Shown here piece after piece: positions 24,142-32,393 of a stretch of 55,328 nucleotides of DNA. The stretch covers positions 1 through 55,328 of the forward strand of contig JAGQJE010000333.1 of NCBI GenBank assembly GCA_020430775.1. Direction: 5' to 3'. The stretch's first letter is position 1. Every line of letters begins with the position of its first letter. The notes beneath the pieces are model-generated. The model had not been told where the DNA came from, did no database searches, and worked only from the letters and a program-made list of their open reading frames with translations. The stretch is from Myxococcales bacterium. Lineage in GTDB: Bacteria > Myxococcota_A > Polyangia > Polyangiales > Houyiibacteriaceae. The position numbers and the translations under genes were made by a program.

Positions 24142-26496
24142 ATGCGACGCTTTCATCTCTTGTGGGGCGCGTTGGCGCTCACGCTAGCCACGGTCGTCGG
24201 CTGCGCCGGCGGACAAAGCCCGACGGGCGACAGCGGCTCGCTGCGCCTCAACCTGAACGTGAACGGCACCAACGTCACCTCGGTGCAGTACACGATCTCG
24301 GGGGCGGACTTCTCGGACATCGTCGGCACCCTGCCGGTCGTCGACAACCGCAACCCGCCGGTCTGGGCGCTCATCACGGGCATCCCCGCGGGCACCAACC
24401 GCACCATCACGCTCCGCGCCTTCGACGGGAGCGGCAACGTCATCTGTGAGGGCTCGGCGACGGTCGACGTCATCGAGGGACAGACCGTCAAAGTCACCGT
24501 CCAGCTCGACTGCGGCACGACGCCCGAAGAGCCCCGCGGCGACATCGAGATCGACGGCGACTTCAACATCATCGACCAGAACCTCTGCCCGCTCGTGAAC
24601 TCGACCTTCGTGCTCCCCGAGGGGATCGCGGCCGGCGGCGACGCCGACGTCCAGATCGTGGCGGTCGACCCGAACGGCGACCCGCTCACGTTCTCGTGGA
24701 CGGCCACCTCGGGCTCGTTCGCCGACCCGAGCGCCGCGTCGACGACCTACACGTGCGACGCAAATGGCCCGCAGACGCTCACGGTCGTCGTCTCGGACGG
24801 CGACGCGAGCTGTGACCTCTCGGTGCAGCTCTCGGTCGTCTGCGGCTCGGTCGGCAACTGCCAGAGCGACACCGACTGTGACGACGGGGACGCCTGCACG
24901 ACGGACACCTGCACCGGCGGCGTCTGCCTGACCCCGGTCCCCGTGACGTGCCCCGACGACGGCAACGAGTGCACGAGCGAGAGCTGCGACCCGCAGTCCG
25001 GCTGCGTGAGCGCCCCCGTCCCGAGCGGCACCGCCTGCAACGGCGGCAACGGCTCGTGCAACGGCGCCGGCTCGTGTGTGCCGAACAACTGCACGGGCGC
25101 CAACATGGACTGCGACGGCAACCCCGCGAACGGCTGCGAGACCAACACCGGCAACGACGTCAACAACTGCGGGGGCTGCGGCAACGTCTGCCAGCAAGCG
25201 CACGGAGTGTGCCAGTCCGACGCCTGCCAGGGTGGGGCGTGCACGCTCGTGCCGAACAACGGCGTGCTCTGCGACGACGGCAACGCCTGCACCGTGAGCG
25301 ACATCTGCACCGGCGGGAGCTGCCTCGGTCAGGGCGTCACCTGCCCCGACGACGGCAACGAGTGCACGACCGAGAGCTGCGACCCGCAGTCGGGCTGCGG
25401 CAGCGAGGACGTCGCGGCCGGCACGCCGTGTAACGGCGGGGCCGGGGCGTGCGACGGCGCTGGCGCCTGCGTGGCGAACCCGGTCTGCGGCAACGGCGTC
25501 ATCGAGACGGGCGAGCAGTGCGACGACGGCAACAGCGTGAGCGGTGACGGCTGCAGCGCGACCTGCCAGCAGGAGAACGGCTGGACCTGCAGCGGCGAGC
25601 CGTCTCAGTGCGCGACCACCTGCGGCGACGGCGTCGTCGCCGGCAACGAGCAGTGCGACGATGGCAACAACGTGAGCGGTGACGGCTGCCGCGAGGACTG
25701 CACGGCCGAGGTCTGCGGCGACGGCATCCTCGACCTCGCCGCCGGTGAGCACTGCGACGACGGCAACACCGTGGGCGGCGACGGCTGCAGCGCGACCTGC
25801 CAGGCCGAGAGCGGCTACGTCGGTGTGGACGCCTGCTTCAACGACTCGATCCCGCTCTTCCCGGTTGGCGACGACTGCCGAGCGAGGACGCTGCGGCTGA
25901 CGCAGACCCAGACCGTCCGGCTGGACGTCACCGGCGCCCCCGTCGGACAGACGCTCCTGGCGCGCGGGAAGATCAATCAGGGCAGCTTCACGATCACTCA
26001 GACCGGGACCATCCCGATCGCGGGCTCGGGGAGCACCGACACCGTGACGCTCCCGGCGGGCGACTACCAGATCCAGGTCTGCGACGTCACCGGCGCCGGC
26101 TACGGCAGCTTCCAGGCGTGCATCCGCCCCGAGCGCTTCATGACGGTCGGGAGCTGCCACTCAGGCACCGTCACCGACGGCGACGGCGACGACGTCGACC
26201 TCGCCGGCCCGATCTCGGGCGGCGACGAGGACATCCGCATCCAGCCGACGACGAGCCAGAACATCAAGATCACGCTCACTAACCACAGCGGCGGCGCGAT
26301 CATGCGGGCGGCGCTCTACACCGGGCAGCCGGGCAGCGAGATCAGCGGGTCGCGGACTGGGCTGGCGCTCATCGGCCAGACCAAGTCCGGCGGCGCCGTC
26401 GCGGTGACGGCGGGGACCAGCTACTGGGTCTACGTCGACGTCGCGTCCGCCGGCGCGATCGGCAACTACACCGTGTGCGTCGACCCGGCCCCCTGA
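24142..26496 (+). CDS. large cysteine-rich lipoprotein with Myxococcus-type cysteine-rich (DUF4215) repeats
   Basis: ATG 24142 with GGGGAG upstream. The lipobox is ATVVGC. It has two copies of a ~130-aa Cys-rich module. Three CG(N/D)G...E(Q/H)CDDGN.V.GDGCS..C repeats lie at 25486-25812. Two C-terminal beta-rich domains follow. Confidence 0.85.
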   Translation: MRRFHLLWGALALTLATVVGCAGGQSPTGDSGSLRLNLNVNGTNVTSVQYTISGADFSDIVGTLPVVDNRNPPVWALITGIPAGTNRTITLRAFDGSGNVICEGSATVDVIEGQTVKVTVQLDCGTTPEEPRGDIEIDGDFNIIDQNLCPLVNSTFVLPEGIAAGGDADVQIVAVDPNGDPLTFSWTATSGSFADPSAASTTYTCDANGPQTLTVVVSDGDASCDLSVQLSVVCGSVGNCQSDTDCDDGDACTTDTCTGGVCLTPVPVTCPDDGNECTSESCDPQSGCVSAPVPSGTACNGGNGSCNGAGSCVPNNCTGANMDCDGNPANGCETNTGNDVNNCGGCGNVCQQAHGVCQSDACQGGACTLVPNNGVLCDDGNACTVSDICTGGSCLGQGVTCPDDGNECTTESCDPQSGCGSEDVAAGTPCNGGAGACDGAGACVANPVCGNGVIETGEQCDDGNSVSGDGCSATCQQENGWTCSGEPSQCATTCGDGVVAGNEQCDDGNNVSGDGCREDCTAEVCGDGILDLAAGEHCDDGNTVGGDGCSATCQAESGYVGVDACFNDSIPLFPVGDDCRARTLRLTQTQTVRLDVTGAPVGQTLLARGKINQGSFTITQTGTIPIAGSGSTDTVTLPAGDYQIQVCDVTGAGYGSFQACIRPERFMTVGSCHSGTVTDGDGDDVDLAGPISGGDEDIRIQPTTSQNIKITLTNHSGGAIMRAALYTGQPGSEISGSRTGLALIGQTKSGGAVAVTAGTSYWVYVDVASAGAIGNYTVCVDPAP

Positions 26497-26550
26497 CGGG
26501 CGAAGCGAGCGAGCCGTAGCCCGCATGGTGGGCTGCGCGCTCGCGCAGAC

Positions 26551-26594
26551 GGCGGCCCCTCGGCGTCCTGCGCCGGGGGGCCGCCGGCGTTTCG
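26551..26594 (+). terminator. GC-rich hairpin downstream of the Cys-rich lipoprotein gene
   Basis: GGCGGCCCC (26551-26559) pairs with GGGGCCGCC (26577-26585). It is followed by ggcgTTTcg, a weak U-tract. Confidence 0.3.
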
Positions 26595-26726
26595 AGCACG
26601 CGCGCGATGACCCCGGCGTCGTCGACGGAGCCCGCGCCCACCCCGGCCCGGACACGCCGCACCGGACGCATGGCGCGACGCATCGCGCGGTCGCCGTCGT
26701 CGGCATGGGCTGCTAAGCCTGCCCGC

Positions 26727-28457
26727 ATGCGGTACTCGAAAGCGTTCCTCCCGACGGTCAAGGAAGCACCCAAGGACGCGACGATGCCGTCGCACGTGCT
26801 GCTGCTGCGCGCGGGCTACGCGCGGATGGTCGGCGCTGGGCTCTACGAGATGCTCCCGCTCGGTTTGCGGGTGCTGCACAAGGTCTCAGACATCGTCCGC
26901 GCGGAGATGGACGCGGCTGGCGCGCAGGAGGTGCTGATGCCGGCGCTGCTGCCGGCCGACTACTTCAAGGAGACCGACCGCTGGGACGGCTTCGGGGACA
27001 CGCTCTTCCGGCTGCAGGATCGCCGCGGCCAGCCCTACCACCTCGGGCCGACGCACGAAGAGATCTTCACGGATCTCGTCCGCCGCGAGGTCAAGAGCTA
27101 CCGCCAGCTCCCGCTGAACCTGTACCAGATCCAGGCGAAGTACCGCGACGAGCCGCGCCCCCGCGGCGGATTGCTGCGCGGGCGCGAGTTCCTGATGAAA
27201 GACGCCTACTCCTTCGATGCGTCGGAGGAAGGCGCGCTGGCGAGCTACGAGAGCATGCGTGATGCCTACCACCGCATCTTCTCGCGGCTCGGGCTCACCT
27301 ACCGAGTCGTGCGCGCGGACAGCGGCGCGATGGGCGGCTCGACGAGCGCCGAGTTCCAGGTGCTCACGCAGACCGGTGAGGACGCCCTGGTCGCCTGCGC
27401 GGCGTGTGAGTACGCGGCGAACGCCGAGATCGCCGAGGCGCGCGCGCCCGGGTCGAGCGACGCGCCGGATCCGGCGACGCTCGAGCCGGTCGGCACGGTG
27501 GCGACCCCGAACGTCAAGACCATCGACGAGGTCGTGGAGTTCATCGGCGGTGACCTCACGGCCGCGCGGACGCTGAAGTCGCTCGTGTACGCGCTCGACG
27601 ACGAGGTCGTGCTCGTCGTCGTCCGCGGGGACCGAGCCGTCAACGAGACGCGGCTCGCGCGCCACCTCGGCGTGCCGGCGGTGGTGCTCGCGAGCGACGC
27701 GACGGTCGAGCGCGCCTTCGGCGCCCTGCCTGGTTCCGTCGGGCCCGTCGGCTTCAGCGGTCGTATCGTGGCGGACCTCGAGGTCCCGTTCGTGGTGAAC
27801 GCGGTCGCCGGGGCGAACGAGGCCGACCACCACTACACCAACGTCAACTACGGCCGAGACTTCCAGGCCGAGCTCGCGAGCATCCGGCAGGTCGTCGGAG
27901 GCGACGCGTGCCCGAGCTGCGGCGAGCCGCTCGAAGCGTACCGCGGCATCGAAGGCGGCCACATCTTCATCCTGGGCACGCGCTACAGCCAGCAGATGGG
28001 CGCGACCTTCCTCGACGAGGTGGGTGAAGCGCAGCCGGCGATCATGGGCTGCTACGGGATCGGCATCTCGCGCCTGATGGCGTCGGCCGTCGAGCAGCAC
28101 CACGACGCCGACGGCATCTGCTGGCCGATGCCCATCGCGCCGTACCACGTGATCGTGTCGCCGGTCGGCAAGGACGACGCCGTCGCCGCGGCCGCAGAGG
28201 ACGTCTACCGAGCGCTGACAGAGGCCGGCATCGAGGCGCTCCTCGACGACAGAGACGAGCGCCCCGGCGTGAAGTTCAAAGACGCCGACCTCATCGGCAT
28301 CCCGTTGCGCGTCACGCTCGGCAAGCGCGGGCTCGCGGAGGGGACGGCGGAGCTGAAGGGGCGCACCGAGGCTCAGGCGCAAGCGGTGCCGCTCGAGGAC
28401 TTGGCCGCGACCCTGCGCGACCGAGTGGTCACCGATGGGGGTCGGCTGCGCCTGTAG
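26727..28457 (+). CDS. proS: proline--tRNA ligase (bacterial type with editing insertion)
   Basis: ORF 26607..28457 trimmed to ATG 26727 (MRYSKAFLPTVKEAP...). It shows class II aaRS ProRS conservation (HLGPTHEE, YQIQAKYRDEPRPRGGLLRGREFLMKDAYSF, GCYGIGISR). The protein is 576 aa. Confidence 0.95.
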   Translation: MRYSKAFLPTVKEAPKDATMPSHVLLLRAGYARMVGAGLYEMLPLGLRVLHKVSDIVRAEMDAAGAQEVLMPALLPADYFKETDRWDGFGDTLFRLQDRRGQPYHLGPTHEEIFTDLVRREVKSYRQLPLNLYQIQAKYRDEPRPRGGLLRGREFLMKDAYSFDASEEGALASYESMRDAYHRIFSRLGLTYRVVRADSGAMGGSTSAEFQVLTQTGEDALVACAACEYAANAEIAEARAPGSSDAPDPATLEPVGTVATPNVKTIDEVVEFIGGDLTAARTLKSLVYALDDEVVLVVVRGDRAVNETRLARHLGVPAVVLASDATVERAFGALPGSVGPVGFSGRIVADLEVPFVVNAVAGANEADHHYTNVNYGRDFQAELASIRQVVGGDACPSCGEPLEAYRGIEGGHIFILGTRYSQQMGATFLDEVGEAQPAIMGCYGIGISRLMASAVEQHHDADGICWPMPIAPYHVIVSPVGKDDAVAAAAEDVYRALTEAGIEALLDDRDERPGVKFKDADLIGIPLRVTLGKRGLAEGTAELKGRTEAQAQAVPLEDLAATLRDRVVTDGGRLRL

Positions 28458-28527
28458 GGGTTCCGAATTGCGCTTGTCACGCGGCACATGGACCGGATCG
28501 CGGCCTGTCTCGCGGCACACAAATTTA

Positions 28528-28555
28528 TTGTACTTATCCTTTATTCGTGTATACT
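28528..28555 (+). promoter_or_regulatory. candidate sigma70-type promoter (TTGTAC-16-TATACT) in an AT-rich island
   Basis: TTGTAC is at 28528-28533 and TATACT at 28550-28555. This is the most AT-rich stretch in the window and lies ~80 nt upstream of the lytic transglycosylase ATG. Confidence 0.4.
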
Positions 28556-28635
28556 CATAACTGGACGAGCGGTGCCGTCGTGGTGACGGCTTCCGAGTTG
28601 GACGGTTAGTTGCGCTGCATACGAGGAGGGCGATC

Positions 28636-31245
28636 ATGGGCGACGTGAAGACCGACCGCCTGATCGCCCTGCTCGCAGCCGTCGCGCTGACGTTCGCGGC
28701 GCAGGCGGCTCGGGCGCACGCCGCCGAGCCCGCGCTCGCCGCACCGGCACCCGCACCGCTCGCCTCCCCGGCACCCGCACCGCTCGCCTCGCTCGAGTCG
28801 CCGGCTGCACCCCTGCACGCCGAGCCCGACGCGCCGGCGGTCGCCACGTCGCAGAGCGCCGAGCACACCGCCGCGGCGACGGCGACCGAGGCCTCGCGAG
28901 ACCGCTCGAGCGACGGCGCCGGCGATTCCGATGGCGAGCCGCTGCGCCGCGCACACGACCTCATCGCCACAGGTGATCGCGCGCCGGCGCGCCTCACGCT
29001 CGAGCGCGCCGCCGAGCGCTTCCCCGCCATCGCCGACCGCGTCGCGCTCGATCTGGGCGAGCTCTCGCTCGAGGGTCGAGACGCGGCGGGCGCGCTCGCC
29101 GCCTTTCGCGTCGCGGAGTCGAGCCCGAGCGACGGGGTGCGCGTCCACGCGAGCGAGGGCGTCGTCCGATCGCTGCTCGCGAGCGGCGCCGCCGACGACG
29201 CGCTCGACGCGCTCGAGGCGCTCCGCGCGCGCTACCCAGCGCATCCGCACCTCGCGAGCCTCTCCTGGCGCCTTGCGCGTCTGTACGAGCAGACCGGCCG
29301 GCTCGACGCCGCCGTCGCGTCGTACCGGGCGCTCACCATCGACGCGCCGAGCCGCGCGCCTGGACGGGCCGCGGCGCGCGCCCTCGAGCGGCTCGCCGCG
29401 CGCGCGATCCCTGTCCCGCCCTTGACGGTCGAGGAGCGGATCGATCGCGCCCGCAGCCTGCTGCGGGACGGCCCGATGCACGCCGCCGGCGAAGCGATCG
29501 ACGCGCTCGAGCACGGGGACATCGCCGAGCCCGCCGCGCGCGCCGAGGTCTTGCGTCTGTCCTCGCGGCTCGCGCGCTACGAGGGGCGCTGGAGCGACGC
29601 CCTCGCGAAGCTCCGCCTCGCCAAGCAGATCGCACCGCTTCCGGAGGGGTCCTCGGTCGCCGCGCGCGTGGCAGACCGCGAGGACGACCTCGCTTGGGCC
29701 GCGGAAGACCGCTCGAGCGACGCGGCGGAGCGACGCCTCGACGCGCTCCTCGGCGAGGGGACGCTGAGCGACCTGAGCGACGAGACACTGCTCGACTACG
29801 TGGAGATCGCGTCCGCCGCGGACCTCGTAGGGCGTGTGGACGACGCGCTCGACGAGCTGAGCTCGCGGACTGGGGTCAGCGCGAAGGTCCGCTTCGCCGC
29901 GGCGATGTTCTCCGCCGGCGTCGGAGACGACGCGACGCGCATCGCGCTGCTCGAGCCGCTCTCGCACGGAAACGCGCGCCGGGCCCTCGCGGCACGCTAT
30001 CAGATCGCACGCGCGCACGAGCGTCTCGGACAGGCGGCGGCTGCGCGCGAGACCTTCGACGACCTGGCGCGCGCCATCCCGAGCGGCAGGATGTCCCGTA
30101 CGACGCCCGCCTACTATGCCGTGTGGGCGAGCGCTCGCCTCGGGCCGGACGAGAGCCGGCGCACGCCCGCGGCGACGGCCGCGCGGCAGGACGACCTCGA
30201 CGAGGTGCAAGGCAAGACCGGCTACCGCGACCCCTCGCCGCTCGCTCCGGTCGACCGTGGGGACGCCGCGCCGCCGGACGCGCAGCCGACACCCGACGCC
30301 ACCGGCGACGCCGAGCCGACCGCGTCCGATGACCCGGCGAGGCCCGCGCCCCCACCCGCGCCGACCGACATCCGCGACCGCCTCGACGACGTCGCGGCGC
30401 GCTACGGGGAGGCGTTCCCCGCGCTCGGGCGCGCAGCCGCGCTGCTGCGCCTCGGGAACCGGCACGCCGCCGGCACCGAGCTGTACACCGTCTACCTCGA
30501 GTGGCGCGCGGCGCGAGGGCGCGCGGTCGCGCGTGCCGGCCTCGCCTCCCTCGCAGAGGGTCGGGACCGGGACGACGCGTCCTTGACCGCCGCGGTCCGC
30601 GCGGCGCGGCGCGGGCTGAGCGCGGACGATCGCGCCACGCTTGCGGACGCCGCCGAGGCAGTGGGCGACCTCGGCACCGCGGTCGGCTTCGATGGCCTCG
30701 ACCGCTACGACACGCTCCCGCGTGCCTACGCGCCGCTCGTCGAGCGCGCGGCCGAGGCGGAGGGGCTCGACCCGGATCTGCTCTTCGCGGTCATGCGCAC
30801 CGAGAGCGTCTACCAGCCGCGGATCGTCTCGTTCGCGGGCGCGGTCGGCCTGATGCAGATCATGCCCGTGACTGCGCAACGCATCGCGAGTGAGCTCGGC
30901 CGGACGACCTTCACCGCGGACGAGCTGCTGAACCCGGAGACCAGCATCGAGCTGGCCGCGTGGTACCTGCGCTCGCTCATCGATCGGTGGGGCGGAAACC
31001 TCGCGCTCGCGATCGCGAGCTACAACGGCGGCCCCCACAACGTCCGCCTTTGGCTCGCGACGCGCAGCCCCGAGATGCCCCTCGACGCTTTCCTCGAGAC
31101 GATCCCCTTCCACGAGACGCGCCGCTACGTGCGCCGCGTGCTCGCGCGCTACGCGGCTTACCGCGGGCAGCGAGGGCTCGCGCCGCCCGTGCTGGACGAG
31201 CACCTGCCGGACGTCGTCGGCGCGACCGATCCCGTCGGCTTCTAG
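28636..31245 (+). CDS. soluble lytic murein transglycosylase (Slt70-like: helical repeat N-domain + SLT domain)
   Basis: ATG 28636 with GAGGAGGG upstream, followed by a signal peptide. The C-terminal SLT motifs are AVMRTESVYQP (catalytic Glu), GLMQIMP and ASYNGGP. Confidence 0.88.
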   Translation: MGDVKTDRLIALLAAVALTFAAQAARAHAAEPALAAPAPAPLASPAPAPLASLESPAAPLHAEPDAPAVATSQSAEHTAAATATEASRDRSSDGAGDSDGEPLRRAHDLIATGDRAPARLTLERAAERFPAIADRVALDLGELSLEGRDAAGALAAFRVAESSPSDGVRVHASEGVVRSLLASGAADDALDALEALRARYPAHPHLASLSWRLARLYEQTGRLDAAVASYRALTIDAPSRAPGRAAARALERLAARAIPVPPLTVEERIDRARSLLRDGPMHAAGEAIDALEHGDIAEPAARAEVLRLSSRLARYEGRWSDALAKLRLAKQIAPLPEGSSVAARVADREDDLAWAAEDRSSDAAERRLDALLGEGTLSDLSDETLLDYVEIASAADLVGRVDDALDELSSRTGVSAKVRFAAAMFSAGVGDDATRIALLEPLSHGNARRALAARYQIARAHERLGQAAAARETFDDLARAIPSGRMSRTTPAYYAVWASARLGPDESRRTPAATAARQDDLDEVQGKTGYRDPSPLAPVDRGDAAPPDAQPTPDATGDAEPTASDDPARPAPPPAPTDIRDRLDDVAARYGEAFPALGRAAALLRLGNRHAAGTELYTVYLEWRAARGRAVARAGLASLAEGRDRDDASLTAAVRAARRGLSADDRATLADAAEAVGDLGTAVGFDGLDRYDTLPRAYAPLVERAAEAEGLDPDLLFAVMRTESVYQPRIVSFAGAVGLMQIMPVTAQRIASELGRTTFTADELLNPETSIELAAWYLRSLIDRWGGNLALAIASYNGGPHNVRLWLATRSPEMPLDAFLETIPFHETRRYVRRVLARYAAYRGQRGLAPPVLDEHLPDVVGATDPVGF
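28744..28791 (+). repeat. 2 x 24-nt tandem repeat encoding PAPAPLAS
   Basis: 28744-28767 and 28768-28791 are identical at 23 of 24 positions. The repeat lies just after the Slt signal peptide. Confidence 0.8.
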
Positions 31246-31261
31246 GGCCCGGAGCGCGCCG

Positions 31262-32377
31262 GTGGAGACCGTCGACTTCGCCGTGATCGGGGCGGGGGTG
31301 GTCGGGCTCGCATGCGCGGCGCGGCTCGCCTCGCTCGGGTCCGTGCTCGTCATCGAGCGCGAGGCCGGCCCCGGACGGGGCACGACGAGCCGCAACAGCG
31401 GCGTCATCCACGCGGGTCTCTACTACCCGCCCGGCTCGCTCAAGGCTCGGCTCTGCGTCGACGGACGCCGGCGTCTGTACCGGTGGTGTGCCGAGCGCGG
31501 CGTCGATCACCGCAAGACCGGGAAGGTCGTCCTCGCCGTCGACCCGGGCGAGGTGCCGCGCCTCGACGCGCTCGTCGAACGCGCGCGTCACAACGGCGCC
31601 GGCGCGATCGCGCGGTGGGACACCGGGAGGCTCCGAACGGAGGAGCCGCTGCTGCGCGCCTCTGCGGCGCTCTACTCGCCCGAGTCCGGCATCGTCGACG
31701 CGCACGGCCTCGTCGAGAGCCTCGTCTTCGAGCTGCGGCGCGCGCCGGAGACGGACCTGGTCTTGCACACCGCGGTCGACACGCTGGATCGCGATGACGG
31801 CGGCTGGATCATCGGCACCGTCGACACGGCGGGGGGCAGGAGCGTCGTGCGCACGCGCGCGCTCGTCAACGCGGCCGGGCTCGCGGCCGACGCGATCGCC
31901 GAACGAAGCGGGCTCGACGTCGACGCCCGTAGCTGGCGCCACCATCTTTGCAAAGGCGACTACTTCGCGCTCGGCGCAGACGCCCCGCGCCCGCGGCACG
32001 AGCTGGTCTACCCCCTTCCGTCGGGAGGCGGCCTCGGCGTGCACCTCACCGCGGACCTCGGCGGCCGGCGGACGGCTGGACCCGACGCGACCTACGTCGA
32101 CGCGCCGAGGTACGCGGTCGACGCGTCGAAGGCGCCCCGCTTCGCCGAGAGCGTCGCGCGCTACTTGCCGGACATCCGCCCGGAGCACCTCACGCCCGAC
32201 TACGCGGGGCTCCGTCCGAAGCTGTCCGCCGACGGGTCGTTTCGCGACTTCGTCATCGCGGGCCCCGACGCGCACGGCCAGCCCCGCACAGTCCACCTGC
32301 TCGGCATCGAGTCCCCCGGCCTCACCGCGTCGCTCGCCATCGCCCGCCACGTCGAGCGCCTGCTCACCGCGCGCTGA
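31262..32377 (+). CDS. FAD-dependent oxidoreductase, L-2-hydroxyglutarate oxidase (LhgO)-like
   Basis: GTG start at 31262. It has the dinucleotide-binding motif DFAVIGAGVVGLA and TTSRNSGVIHAGLYYPPGSLKA, which is typical of LhgO-type enzymes. Confidence 0.8.
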   Translation: METVDFAVIGAGVVGLACAARLASLGSVLVIEREAGPGRGTTSRNSGVIHAGLYYPPGSLKARLCVDGRRRLYRWCAERGVDHRKTGKVVLAVDPGEVPRLDALVERARHNGAGAIARWDTGRLRTEEPLLRASAALYSPESGIVDAHGLVESLVFELRRAPETDLVLHTAVDTLDRDDGGWIIGTVDTAGGRSVVRTRALVNAAGLAADAIAERSGLDVDARSWRHHLCKGDYFALGADAPRPRHELVYPLPSGGGLGVHLTADLGGRRTAGPDATYVDAPRYAVDASKAPRFAESVARYLPDIRPEHLTPDYAGLRPKLSADGSFRDFVIAGPDAHGQPRTVHLLGIESPGLTASLAIARHVERLLTAR

Positions 32378-32393
32378 CCGCGCGGCGAGCGAG

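Noticed and set aside
24184-26160. 658-aa minus-strand ORF
   Set aside because: It is antisense to the Cys-rich lipoprotein gene, whose repeat families and lipobox support the plus strand.
28599-28613. Loose -24/-12 match TGGACG-GTTAG-TTGC upstream of the transglycosylase gene
   Set aside because: The -24 box is poor (ACG instead of CAC). The predicted TSS would fall inside the SD. The sigma70-like promoter upstream is a better explanation.
28606-31407. 933-aa minus-strand ORF
   Set aside because: It is antisense to the Slt-like transglycosylase gene, which has clear SLT catalytic motifs on the plus strand.
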